Assembly: GCA_965242725.1 (NCBI GenBank) | Contig: CBDESZ010000004.1 | Span: 128,001 to 192,000, forward strand | Direction of reading: 5' to 3' | Length of the DNA stretch: 64,000 nucleotides | Source of the DNA: Alkalispirochaeta sp. | GTDB lineage: Bacteria; Spirochaetota; Spirochaetia; DSM-27196; Alkalispirochaetaceae | Shown: positions 50,962 to 60,415 of the stretch, piece after piece | How the letters are laid out: each line of letters begins with the position of its first letter | How positions within the stretch are numbered: position 1 is the stretch's first letter | Notes under the pieces: generated by a model | Seen by the model: only the letters and a program-made list of their open reading frames with translations | Database searches by the model: none | What the model was told of the DNA's origin: nothing | Made by a program: the position numbers and the translations under genes

Positions 50962-50983
50962 CGGCCGGCGCACGCGCCGGCCG
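50962..50983. other. Intercistronic GC hairpin between ugpB and ugpA
   Basis: cggccggcg-cacg-cgccggccg. Confidence 0.65.
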
Positions 50984-51038
50984 CAATCGATACACGTGTG
51001 AAACGTCGACGGTATCCCGCAGGGAGATACAGACTCGT

Positions 51039-52373
51039 CTACCTATTTGCCCGTTCAAACTCGCGGAGAACTTCGTTGCCCCGCCTGACGGCCGCGTTCA
51101 GGGCTTGTTGGGCCGTTTTCTGACCGTCAAAGAGTGCTTCCAGTTCTTCGTAGTTGATGGTACGAACTTCACCGTAGTTTCCAAATCGAATACCTTTCGA
51201 GTTTTCCGTGGGTACCGCCCGGGTCATTTGAAGGATTGCTGTTTCCAGAGCTGGTGTTTTTTCATAAAGCCCCTGCTCTTTTGCCAATTCATACGCCTCC
51301 TCGGTAATGGGGAGATATCCGGTAAACTCATGCCAGTCCGCCTGCACATCCGGCCGCGAGAGGTAATCAAAAAACTCCGCTACGCCTTCATATTCCCAGT
51401 CTGAATGTCCGCTCATGACCCAGAGGCTCGCACCGCCGATGATGGTGTTGCGCGGCGCACCTTCAACATCAGGCCAATAGGGAAGCATGGCGGAACCGAA
51501 CTCAAATTCGGCGCTCGCGCTGAATCCTCCGTATCCGGCAGAAGACTCGGTATACATTCCGACTTCCCCGCTGGAGAAGAGGGCATTGCCGGTATTGGTC
51601 CGACCTCCATATACAAAGATACCGTCCTCCTGCCAGTCCGCGAATGTCTGGAGGTGTCGAACGTGTAGGGAATCGTTGTAAGTAAATTCGGCATCAAAAC
51701 CTTCAAACCCATTCGCCTGGGTTCCAAACGGAACGTCATGCCAGGCCGCAAGATTTTCCAGGTGAATCCAGGAGATCCATGCTGTGGAAAACCCCTTGTA
51801 TCCAGCGTCGACGAGGGCTCGGGAATATTCCTCTACTTCCGGCCACGTTTCCGGAGGATCGTCAGGATCGAGCCCCGCCTCTCTGAACGCATCCTTATTA
51901 TACCACAGGACCGGTGTTGAACTGTTGAAGGGGAGACTCAACATTTGTCCTTCCGGGGTCGTATAGTATCCCGTAACGGCGGGAATATAGACACTCGGGT
52001 CGAAGGGTTTGTCCATCATTTCCATGATTTCATAAACCGGTACAATCGCACCTTCAGCAGCCATCATCGTGGCCGTACCGACCTCATAGACCTGCATAAT
52101 GTGAGGCGGTGTACCCGATCGAAACGCGGCAATACCACTGGTCATCGTCTCGGCGTAATTGCCTTTATAGACCGGCTCGACGATGAAACGATCCTGGCTT
52201 TCATTGAACCCTGCGGCGATGTCCGCCACTTTTTCACCGAGGCGACCGCCCATGGCGTGCCACCACTGGATGGTTATCGGCCCCTCAGGCTCAGGCATCT
52301 CCTGTTGACCTGCGCTCCACGTTGTTGCGGCGACCATTGCCGTCAGTACGAGGACTATAACAACACGTTTCAT
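51039..52373 (-). CDS. ugpB: sn-glycerol-3-phosphate-binding protein
   Basis: [40 protein letters not shown] before ATG 52373. Confidence 0.94.
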   Translation of the reverse strand: MKRVVIVLVLTAMVAATTWSAGQQEMPEPEGPITIQWWHAMGGRLGEKVADIAAGFNESQDRFIVEPVYKGNYAETMTSGIAAFRSGTPPHIMQVYEVGTATMMAAEGAIVPVYEIMEMMDKPFDPSVYIPAVTGYYTTPEGQMLSLPFNSSTPVLWYNKDAFREAGLDPDDPPETWPEVEEYSRALVDAGYKGFSTAWISWIHLENLAAWHDVPFGTQANGFEGFDAEFTYNDSLHVRHLQTFADWQEDGIFVYGGRTNTGNALFSSGEVGMYTESSAGYGGFSASAEFEFGSAMLPYWPDVEGAPRNTIIGGASLWVMSGHSDWEYEGVAEFFDYLSRPDVQADWHEFTGYLPITEEAYELAKEQGLYEKTPALETAILQMTRAVPTENSKGIRFGNYGEVRTINYEELEALFDGQKTAQQALNAAVRRGNEVLREFERANR

Positions 52374-52442
52374 AAGACCTCCTTGTATCACCTCACATCT
52401 TCCTTTTTGGATATACGAAATGTAAGGATGACGTATATCTAA

Positions 52443-52471
52443 ATCGTAGACCCAACCTCGTTACACGTCAA
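52443..52471 (-). promoter_or_regulatory. sigma70-type promoter of ugpBAE
   Basis: TTGACG-17-TACGAT. Confidence 0.65.
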
Positions 52472-52509
52472 TTTTTATGTGGCAATTGTCAGAATATTTT
52501 GGGCGATTG

Positions 52510-53391
52510 TTATGCTATGTACGACACAGGCCATGTCGATGCGATCTTCTGAAAACCGAGGGTCCTCAGGATCGGTTCGCTCATTTTTCCGGCATCCACC
52601 GTGAGGTAGCGGATTCCCCGATCCCGGGCGGCACGGGCGCGTGCCGATACCAGTGAGGTATAGAGGCCGCGACGGCGATACTCCGGGACCGTTGCACCAC
52701 CGTAGAGACCGGCAATGGGTGCGTCGCCGAAGTACAGCATCCACGCCGCACTGACCGGCTCGCCCTTGTCGATAATGACAAAGAAGTCCATCGAGTCGGG
52801 GTCTTCCGCCATTCTCGCCGTCAGTTCCCCCTCCATCGGGTGGTTGACCGCCGGTGTCGGTGTATCAAAGGAGCTTTGAAATGCGCGGTTCTGGACGGCG
52901 GTCAGGATGCGGGGCAGATCGTCGGGATCGGTCACGCGCCGCGGGGCAAGGCTGCCGCCGGGCATGCACGGCCGGTGGCGACGCGTTTGTCTTCCTCCGT
53001 CAACGACGAGCTGTTCCGGTATACGGGAAATATCAAGAAGCATAACCGCCTCTTCCGGTTCCAGAACATACCCCCCTTTTTCCAGCATGAAGCGAAGGTC
53101 CCGTGGGAGATCGTAATCGAATATTTTCCATTCCACCGAGTGGCCCATGGCGTGGAAGTATGTGCGCTCCCTCTCCCCGACCGCTTCAATTTCCTGCGGC
53201 GAAAGGTTGTCCATCTCGTTGTAGAGTATGAGGCTGTGGGTTCCCCGCCTGTTTATGTACCGTATGACCGGCGGGGCTTCTTCACGTCGGTACCCGCTTT
53301 CCGTAAGGTCCCGGCGAAGATATTGCGTGTAGAGTTGAAGGAGCCCGTCGTTCCGGGCCGTACCTTCCTGAGGAGCGTCAATCGTTTCCAT
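52510..53391 (-). CDS. GNAT family acetyltransferase
   Basis: GGATVPEYRRRGLYTSLV, DAGKMSEPILRTLGF. Confidence 0.88.
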   Translation of the reverse strand: METIDAPQEGTARNDGLLQLYTQYLRRDLTESGYRREEAPPVIRYINRRGTHSLILYNEMDNLSPQEIEAVGERERTYFHAMGHSVEWKIFDYDLPRDLRFMLEKGGYVLEPEEAVMLLDISRIPEQLVVDGGRQTRRHRPCMPGGSLAPRRVTDPDDLPRILTAVQNRAFQSSFDTPTPAVNHPMEGELTARMAEDPDSMDFFVIIDKGEPVSAAWMLYFGDAPIAGLYGGATVPEYRRRGLYTSLVSARARAARDRGIRYLTVDAGKMSEPILRTLGFQKIASTWPVSYIA

Positions 53392-53567
53392 CGCGTGATT
53401 GTAACCTGAAACGACAAAAAAAGGTGTATGGCATAGGGACGTCGATTCAACCGGATATTTGCTGACTTTTATGATAAACTCTATCCTGAAATACAGGAAA
53501 GGAGGGCGTCCCGGCTGCCGTCAGGCGATCTATTTTTCCATTCAAATCCCGGGGAGAGAACTTTTTT

Positions 53568-53906
53568 ATGACTGAAGATGTCCCATCGGAGTTTGACACC
53601 ACTGTCCGGCCGGCACTGCGGAGGTTGCTCATCATAACCGACCTCGTATACACGGGGATACTAGGGATTGCGTGGTTTCCCGCGATATTTTCGGTCATGC
53701 TTGCCTCCGGCGGGACCTCCCTGGGGGTGTACATTCAGATTTACAGCCTCCTCACCTTTCCCTTTGTCCTGCTATTTTCGATTATCGTACCCTGGCTGTT
53801 CTACCGGCTGCGCATGCCCCGTACGACAAAGGTGCTGCTGTTTCTGCCGGTGGTGAACGCGATTCTCATTCTCTTCTTCATTTTGATACCGTCCTGGACG
53901 GCCTAG
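53568..53906 (+). CDS. Small hypothetical membrane protein
   Basis: Three hydrophobic segments; GGGAGAG upstream. Confidence 0.65.
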   Translation: MTEDVPSEFDTTVRPALRRLLIITDLVYTGILGIAWFPAIFSVMLASGGTSLGVYIQIYSLLTFPFVLLFSIIVPWLFYRLRMPRTTKVLLFLPVVNAILILFFILIPSWTA

Positions 53907-54038
53907 CTTCGGCGATGCACGCTTCGGAGAACCGGAAGGTTCGATAACACGATACTTCGACCATTTCTGCCGCCGTTGGAGGGGCGGGTTGTTCCCCCGG
54001 GGCGTTGACTTCGCCGCCGCTCACCGGCGTAATAGGGT

Positions 54039-54902
54039 ATGGCAGTTTCCGTTTCTCAGCTTGTGGTCTATCCGGTGAAGTCGATGGCAGGAGTACCTCT
54101 TTCGGAAGCGACTCTCGGACCGGAGGGATTCCGTTTTGACCGCGCCTGGATGGTAGTCGACGAGAACGACCGGTTTTTGACGCAGCGGCAGCATCCGGAA
54201 ATGGCGCTGGTCCGGGCGGTGCCTGACGATGAGGGTATCACCCTCACACTTCCCGACGGAACAGCGATGTATGTTCCCCGACTCGGGGGAGGGACTCCCG
54301 GCGCCGGGGTCACGACGGACGGGCCTGCCGATTCGGATTCTCCCGTTGTCATAACCCGTTCCGTCACCGTGTGGAACGATACGGTCCGCGCCGTAGATCA
54401 GGGCGATGAGGTCGCGCGGTGGCTGAGCCGGTTTCTGGGTCGATCGGTACGGCTCGTTGCGTTATCGGATCACCATCCCCGCCGCCTGGGACCTTCCTAT
54501 CCGTCACCGCCGGGTATTCACGTCTCCTTCGCCGACTCGTCGCCACTTCATCTTGTGGGAGAGGCATCCCTTTTCGACCTGAACAGACGTCTTTCCCGTC
54601 CGGTGACCATGGACCGATTCAGACCGAATGTTGTCGTCTCCGGGGCGGATGCGTACGAAGAAGACCGGTGGGCACGCATTCGCATCGGCGAGGTGGAACT
54701 CATCGTGGTGAAGGATTGCCTGCGCTGCCAGATGGTCAATGTCGACCAGAAGGGAGGCGTCAAAGAAATTGATCCGCTGGAAACGCTGGGAACATACCGT
54801 TCCGCACCGAAAGGCATCCGCTTTGGGCAGAAGGTTGTCCACAGCGGATACGGGACGGTCCGCGTCGGCGATACGGTAGATGTACTGGAGAGAAAAGGAT
54901 GA
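54039..54902 (+). CDS. MOSC domain molybdoprotein (YcbX/mARC-like)
   Basis: YPVKS, DRAWMV, FADSSP, RFRPN, CLRC. Confidence 0.93.
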   Translation: MAVSVSQLVVYPVKSMAGVPLSEATLGPEGFRFDRAWMVVDENDRFLTQRQHPEMALVRAVPDDEGITLTLPDGTAMYVPRLGGGTPGAGVTTDGPADSDSPVVITRSVTVWNDTVRAVDQGDEVARWLSRFLGRSVRLVALSDHHPRRLGPSYPSPPGIHVSFADSSPLHLVGEASLFDLNRRLSRPVTMDRFRPNVVVSGADAYEEDRWARIRIGEVELIVVKDCLRCQMVNVDQKGGVKEIDPLETLGTYRSAPKGIRFGQKVVHSGYGTVRVGDTVDVLERKG

Positions 54903-55585
54903 GTGACCGATTGTCCCGGGAGGAGTGGCGGCGGGTAACCGTCGTCGGTACGGAACGGGCAAGTACCGATATGATCGCCCTGACGGTGAAACCGGAGCGG
55001 TGGATACCTCATCGTGCCGGGCAGTACTGCGATATCCGATTTCCCGGAGAGACTGTCGTTCGCGCCTTTTCAATCGTTTCGAGCCCGACCCGCTCGGACA
55101 GCCTGGTGTTTGGAATTCAGGTGCTTCCCCGGGGCCTTTTGTCACCCCGTCTCGCGAAGTTGCGATCGGGGGACATCCTCGAAATACGGGGACCTGTGGG
55201 GAAGTTTTTTACCTGGACGCCGGATTTGCCGGGAAGACTGGTGCTTATAGGGGCCGGTGCGGGGATTACGCCTCTGTTGAGCATGTATCATCTCGCCACG
55301 TCGGCTGACGGCGGTGGAGAACCCGTCTTTATTCTCAGCGCAAAGGGCCCCGAGCGGGTCTTTCAGTACGCCCGGTACGCCGCCGTATTGACGTCCCGCT
55401 TCACAGCCCGGGACGGCCGGATAGATCTCCCCTTTCTCACGGAAACCCTGGAGAAAAACCTGGCGGAAGACGAAGCCGTGCAGATACGACTCTGCGGCCC
55501 CCTCGGGTTCATCGGGCATATCGTTTCGCTCCTTGAAAAAACAGGTATACCCGATGCGGAGATTCGATCTGAGGCGTTCGTGTAA
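54899..55585 (+). CDS. FNR-family FAD/NAD(P)-binding oxidoreductase
   Basis: AGQY, RAFSIVS, GLLS, GAGAGITP, LCGP, EAF; ATGA overlap with MOSC. Confidence 0.9.
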   Translation: MSDRLSREEWRRVTVVGTERASTDMIALTVKPERWIPHRAGQYCDIRFPGETVVRAFSIVSSPTRSDSLVFGIQVLPRGLLSPRLAKLRSGDILEIRGPVGKFFTWTPDLPGRLVLIGAGAGITPLLSMYHLATSADGGGEPVFILSAKGPERVFQYARYAAVLTSRFTARDGRIDLPFLTETLEKNLAEDEAVQIRLCGPLGFIGHIVSLLEKTGIPDAEIRSEAFV

Positions 55586-55711
55586 CGCCGATGTACTGTG
55601 TCATTCGGAAACGTTCTTATTTGTCCTTGATTTCAGGGCGAAACGGACGATACTTGAGAGAGGGGATCATTCCGTTAGGGGTCCCGGAAGAATCAGTATA
55701 AAACGTGACAA

Positions 55712-56095
55712 ATGGAAGAGCTGAATTTCGACGTCCATATTGCGAGCGGACGCAACTACATACGTGTAAACATGCATGGTACGATTACGACTCGGAATAT
55801 TGCGCCGGTACACCTGGCGATGAAGGACGCCTCCACGGATTCGGGAATCAGGAAGTTTCTCGTGGACAGCCGGGACGCCGTCAACGCCTCGCCGACGGTT
55901 GAAAACTACCGATTCACCCGTGAGCATAACACATCTGAATTTGATTTTGCCCGGGACGGCTATGTCGTATTCCTCGTCCGCCCCGATGACACAACCCACG
56001 ACACGGTCATTAAGCTCAATCCCCATTACGGGCGGAGCATTTTTCTTTCCCACGATGAAGACAGCGCGATACAGTGGTTGCTCCGGCAGGAGTGA
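55712..56095 (+). CDS. Hypothetical protein, possibly STAS/SpoIIAA-like
   Basis: FLVDSR and C-terminal DEDSAIQWL pattern. Confidence 0.55.
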   Translation: MEELNFDVHIASGRNYIRVNMHGTITTRNIAPVHLAMKDASTDSGIRKFLVDSRDAVNASPTVENYRFTREHNTSEFDFARDGYVVFLVRPDDTTHDTVIKLNPHYGRSIFLSHDEDSAIQWLLRQE

Positions 56096-56248
56096 CCCAT
56101 ATTCGGTGCTCCGAAATCCCTTTACCGGGGAGTCGGATTCTTTTCTTGTTTATATGATTGATCCAGTAATAAAATAAAAATCGAAATTGCCGTTCATCGG
56201 TCGATATCCGCCGCATCGGATCGACCATAACGGAACAAGGAGGCCCAC

Positions 56249-57151
56249 ATGGGAAAGATCAGTGCCTGTATCTGGCTGAACGACGTGGCGGAAGAGGCGG
56301 CGGCCTTTTATACGACAATATTCCCGAACTCCCGCATCACTGCAACGACCCATTATTCCGAGGTCGGCCGGGAGTTTCACGGCCACTCCCCCGGATCGGT
56401 AATGTCCGTCGTCTTTGAGGTCGACGGCTTTCGGTTTACCGCTCTCAATGGAGGAGCTGTTTTTGCTCCCAATCCGTCGATTTCTTTTTTTGTCCATTGC
56501 GAAACCGTCGAAATGGTACATCAGCTCTGGGAATCACTGTCCCGGGACGGGAGCGCCCTCATGCCGCTGGACAGCTACCCGTTCAGCGAGCGGTACGGGT
56601 GGGTTCAGGATCGGTTCGGCGTGTCCTGGCAGCTCATTCTCGCGTCGACACCAGAGGAGGCGCGGAAGGCACGGATCGTTCCCAGTTTCCTTTTTGTCGG
56701 TGATATCTGCGGAAAGGCGGAGGAGGCGATGAACTACTACGCGTCGGTCTTTCCCGGCAGCCGGGTGGGAGACATCGCGCGCTATGGCGACGGTTTCGGC
56801 GTGGAACAGGCGGACTCCGTCATGTACGGCGAGTTTTTCCTCTCGGGACAGAAACTCACCGCCATGGACAGCGCCGACGACCACGCTTTTTCCTTTACCG
56901 AGGGGGTGTCCCTTATCGTCGATGCGACGACCCAGGAGGAGATCGACTCGTACTGGAACGCCCTCTCGGCGGTACCCGATGCGGAGCAGTGCGGATGGCT
57001 GAAGGACCGGTACGGCGTCTCGTGGCAGATATTTCCTGAGACGGAAATGGAGCGAATCATGAACGATGCCGACGCTGCGCGCAGGGACCGCGTCCTGGAG
57101 GCGATGTTCCGTATGAAGAAGATCGATCTTGATGCGTTGCGCAGGGGATAA
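56249..57151 (+). CDS. Tandem PhnB-like VOC protein
   Basis: Two repeats ending GWVQDRFGVSWQ and GWLKDRYGVSWQ; AAGGAGG RBS. Confidence 0.92.
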   Translation: MGKISACIWLNDVAEEAAAFYTTIFPNSRITATTHYSEVGREFHGHSPGSVMSVVFEVDGFRFTALNGGAVFAPNPSISFFVHCETVEMVHQLWESLSRDGSALMPLDSYPFSERYGWVQDRFGVSWQLILASTPEEARKARIVPSFLFVGDICGKAEEAMNYYASVFPGSRVGDIARYGDGFGVEQADSVMYGEFFLSGQKLTAMDSADDHAFSFTEGVSLIVDATTQEEIDSYWNALSAVPDAEQCGWLKDRYGVSWQIFPETEMERIMNDADAARRDRVLEAMFRMKKIDLDALRRG

Positions 57152-57176
57152 GACCGGATCGTTCCCGGGGAATCGG

Positions 57177-58733
57177 CTATTCCCTTTGAAGTACATACAT
57201 CCGATCCCGGGGACTTCTCGCCGTCATGGTCCATTTGACGGCGGTGACCGACGTGAGAAACGCCTCATCGTGACTCACGATGACAAGCGCGCCGGGATAC
57301 TCCTTCAGTGTTGCCTCCAGTGCGAGAACCGAAGGAAGGTCAAGGTAATTGGTGGGTTCATCCATGAAGATCGCCGACACCTGGTTCAGGACACCCAGTG
57401 CGACGAGTATTTTCCGCGCCTCCCCGGGACTGGGAGTACCGCTTTCCAGAAGGCGTTGCGGATCGCTCCCCAACTGCGTGATGATTGCATAGATACGGCC
57501 GCGGCTGTCCCGGTCCAGTCCGTCTATCCGCCCTCGTACGTCCTTCAACTCCGTCGCAGTCAGCTCCTGGGGGAGAAAAAGAACCGAACGGTTTTCCGGT
57601 ATCGAATCCCTGAGCAGATGGAGCAGTGTCGTCTTCCCCGATCCGTTCGGGCCGCTTATACCGATCCTCTCTGTTGGGGCGATCACGAGGTCCGGATAGG
57701 TGAGGGAGAATGTGTCGGAGCCGCCGGGTCGGGCCGTTCCGGCGGCGAGACGGCAGAGAGTGTCGCCCCGGAAGAGATGCGCGTCCATTCCCAAAGGACC
57801 CGGAGAGGGTACGAAGGTCGGCCTGTGTATTTCCACATTTCGTCGTTTCTTCGCCGCGGCGGCGGCGCGCGCCCGCATTGCCCGGGCAGCGTCTGAAGTC
57901 CGGCGGTCTTTTCCCGTCAGACGTGCCCCGTCGACTCTGGCGCTTGCATCGTGGTCTTTCGGGGCGATGTTCCTTTTTGAAAGTTTCCCGGCGTTCCGGG
58001 ACTCCGCATCGCTGCGGCGTTGCGCCTCTCTGTGCAGGCGCCGCTCTTCCCGTGCGGCGTCGCGCCTGAGGCGAATCGTCTCGAGGTATTCCCGTTGTTC
58101 TTCCTCCATGCCCGCGGTTATTCCACCGGGTCGCAGGGTTCCGTGGCCGGACGCAAGAAAGAGTGTGCTTCCGCACAGCCTGTCCAGAAGCGTGCGGTCG
58201 TGGCTTACGATGATGCCGATACCGTTCCACGTCGTGAGGGCGTCCGCGACAAGTCGGCGGGCATCGCTGTCGAGGTGATTGGTCGGCTCGTCCAGGGCGA
58301 GGACGTCGGGATTCTTCCACAACGCAGCGGCAATCTGGGCGCGTTTTCGTTCGCCGAAGCTGAGGGTGTCCCACCGGTAAAACCACTCATACTCAACCTT
58401 CAGCCGGCGCATGAGTTCAATCGAACTCTCGTCCCATGCATTCAGAAAATCGAAAAAATGTGCAGGTATGCGTTCCGTCTTCTGGTCGCAGTACATGCGG
58501 TCGGTGGGGCCATCTATCGACCCGGACGTGCCGTCGGAAACACCATTTCCGGGTTCTCTTTCCGGTACGGGCGGGAGGCCGCACACGAGCTTCAGGAGCG
58601 TCGTCTTGCCGCAGCCGTTCGGGCCGACGACGCCGGTCCAGCCGCTTTGAAATGCGGCGTGTAAGGCTGAAAAAACAGGTGTCAGAGCTGATGGGTAGGT
58701 GAAGGATAGATCGTGTATTTGAAGGGGCAGCAT
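57177..58733 (-). CDS. ABC-F family ATPase with extended interdomain linker
   Basis: GPNGCGKT/LSFGE/DEPTNHLD and GPNGSGKT/PSPGE/DEPTNYLD, no TM. Confidence 0.92.
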   Translation of the reverse strand: MLPLQIHDLSFTYPSALTPVFSALHAAFQSGWTGVVGPNGCGKTTLLKLVCGLPPVPEREPGNGVSDGTSGSIDGPTDRMYCDQKTERIPAHFFDFLNAWDESSIELMRRLKVEYEWFYRWDTLSFGERKRAQIAAALWKNPDVLALDEPTNHLDSDARRLVADALTTWNGIGIIVSHDRTLLDRLCGSTLFLASGHGTLRPGGITAGMEEEQREYLETIRLRRDAAREERRLHREAQRRSDAESRNAGKLSKRNIAPKDHDASARVDGARLTGKDRRTSDAARAMRARAAAAAKKRRNVEIHRPTFVPSPGPLGMDAHLFRGDTLCRLAAGTARPGGSDTFSLTYPDLVIAPTERIGISGPNGSGKTTLLHLLRDSIPENRSVLFLPQELTATELKDVRGRIDGLDRDSRGRIYAIITQLGSDPQRLLESGTPSPGEARKILVALGVLNQVSAIFMDEPTNYLDLPSVLALEATLKEYPGALVIVSHDEAFLTSVTAVKWTMTARSPRDRMYVLQRE

Positions 58734-58739
58734 GAAACC

Positions 58740-58922
58740 AACGGACCTGTGTAGTGTCCCGACCTCTCACGTGCGCCCGTCCGCGGCACAAAGCGTGAAA
58801 AAATAAAACGAAAGAGTGGCCGGTCCGTTCCCCCAACGGCTCAACGAGCCAGTTCAACGGTACGAATACTCAGGGGAAAGGTAGTTCTCTTTCGTTCTAT
58901 CTCTTCACGTCTCCCGCTCCTC
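58740..58922 (-). promoter_or_regulatory. Structured leader with mini-ORF (MKR*) upstream of ABC-F
   Basis: GAGGAGCGGGAG then GTG AAG AGA TAG (58908-58897); 10-bp pairing 58887-58896/58807-58816 followed by a T-rich tract. Confidence 0.55.
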
Positions 58923-58959
58923 TTATGCACGATAAGAGTATGAAATCAGATGTATCCGG

Positions 58960-60336
58960 TCAATACGCGTGCGGTTGCGCCAACGGGACGACGCGGCGGG
59001 GATAGACCGTTCCTTCGACGCGGAGAAGCGTGTTTTTCCACGGTACGTCCAGCTCCGACGGGAGGAGGCGTTCCCGCATCATCGCGTCCATCGTCTGCTC
59101 GATATCGACGATCTCATGCTGGGGTACGCCGGCAGTTCCGTTCTCTATATGAATGAAATGTCGCGGGATCTCAGGGACCGTAAACGTGGCGTCGATACCG
59201 GAGGAAGAATTCGTGCCGAAAAAAGCCGCCTCCACGACTTCAAGATGCCGGCGAGCGCCTTCGACACCGACAAGATTCCGGGCAACCACATCCGTATCAG
59301 TGTGTCCGGCGAGTACCGCCAGGGCTCCCTTGAGTGCGGCGTCGTTGACGTACGTGCCGTCACCTTTCCGGAGTATTTTCCATGTGCCGTCGGAATGATC
59401 GCCGCCGGAGGGCGCCGCCTCAACCGTATCGGGAAAGCGCCAGCGGATGGTTTTCCTGTCGCCGTGAACCGTAATGACGGGATCTTTGATTTCCCGGCAG
59501 CTGTGGGCGGCCGTCATGAGGAGTTCCGGTCCGGATCGTCCCCGTCCTTTGCCGGGACGGGAGACGGTGCGTATGCGAACGCCCTGGAAGTCCGCCGTTT
59601 CTATGGCGTTTGTCCGGGCGTGCTCCGCCGTTACCGACGTGGCCTGAAAGCCCGCCCGAAAGGCGAGTTCAAGGATGCCATGAAGAAAATGGGCCGCCGC
59701 GTTCTGTATGGGACTGTCCAGCACGGCGCGGCCGTCCAATCGCAACCGACCGGCCCAGGGGGCACGACAGTAGTAGCTCTCGTCACGGGGCCAGCCGACG
59801 GAACAGGTGATCGCCGAGATCGTACCGGCATCGCCTGCCTCAACACGACGCAACGCTTCGGCAAATGCGTGGTTCAGGGGGTGCTGGAATCCGAACCAGA
59901 GATACCGTCTGAAGCGGCGGGCCGCTTCTTCCATCGCGGTGAGGTCATCCAGGGATCCCGCGGCGGGCTTCTCACACAGGACGTGAAAGCCCGCTTCCAT
60001 CGCGGCCATTGTCAGGGGTGCGTGGAGATGAATGGGCACGGGGAGGACCGCCAGATGCAGCTCTTCTTCCCGTTCCGCAGCGGCGACGCCACCGGAAAAG
60101 AGTGCGTCGGTGCTGTCGAAGACGTGCCAGCCCCGTTTGGAATGGTCTCTGACTGCGGTTTGGTGTCGATCTTGACCAACATATGATGGATCGACGACGA
60201 CGCCGCCGAGACGACAGGTGCCCGCTGCAGCTGCCCGTTCCGCCGCCCGCACCATTTGTGCGGCATACCCCTCCGTTCCGACGATATATACGATCGGGAC
60301 GGTATCTTCGCTTTGATCAAGGTTCTGCAAGTGCAC
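58960..60336 (-). CDS. Gfo/Idh/MocA family oxidoreductase
   Basis: PIHLH, HVLCEKP, GFQH, WPRDESYY; GGAGG near GTG 60336/TTG 60330. Confidence 0.87.
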   Translation of the reverse strand: MHLQNLDQSEDTVPIVYIVGTEGYAAQMVRAAERAAAAGTCRLGGVVVDPSYVGQDRHQTAVRDHSKRGWHVFDSTDALFSGGVAAAEREEELHLAVLPVPIHLHAPLTMAAMEAGFHVLCEKPAAGSLDDLTAMEEAARRFRRYLWFGFQHPLNHAFAEALRRVEAGDAGTISAITCSVGWPRDESYYCRAPWAGRLRLDGRAVLDSPIQNAAAHFLHGILELAFRAGFQATSVTAEHARTNAIETADFQGVRIRTVSRPGKGRGRSGPELLMTAAHSCREIKDPVITVHGDRKTIRWRFPDTVEAAPSGGDHSDGTWKILRKGDGTYVNDAALKGALAVLAGHTDTDVVARNLVGVEGARRHLEVVEAAFFGTNSSSGIDATFTVPEIPRHFIHIENGTAGVPQHEIVDIEQTMDAMMRERLLPSELDVPWKNTLLRVEGTVYPRRVVPLAQPHAY

Positions 60337-60415
60337 ATTCCTCCGCTGACGACGATCGGATCGGGGATGCAAGCATACAACTCCATCCCGGCCTGCTCAA
60401 TATATCGGGGAACGC

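Noticed and set aside
52466..52500. Possible Pho box upstream of ugpB
   Set aside because: The TGACA/CCACA/TGACG elements are spaced 9 and 12 nt apart, not the 11-nt period.
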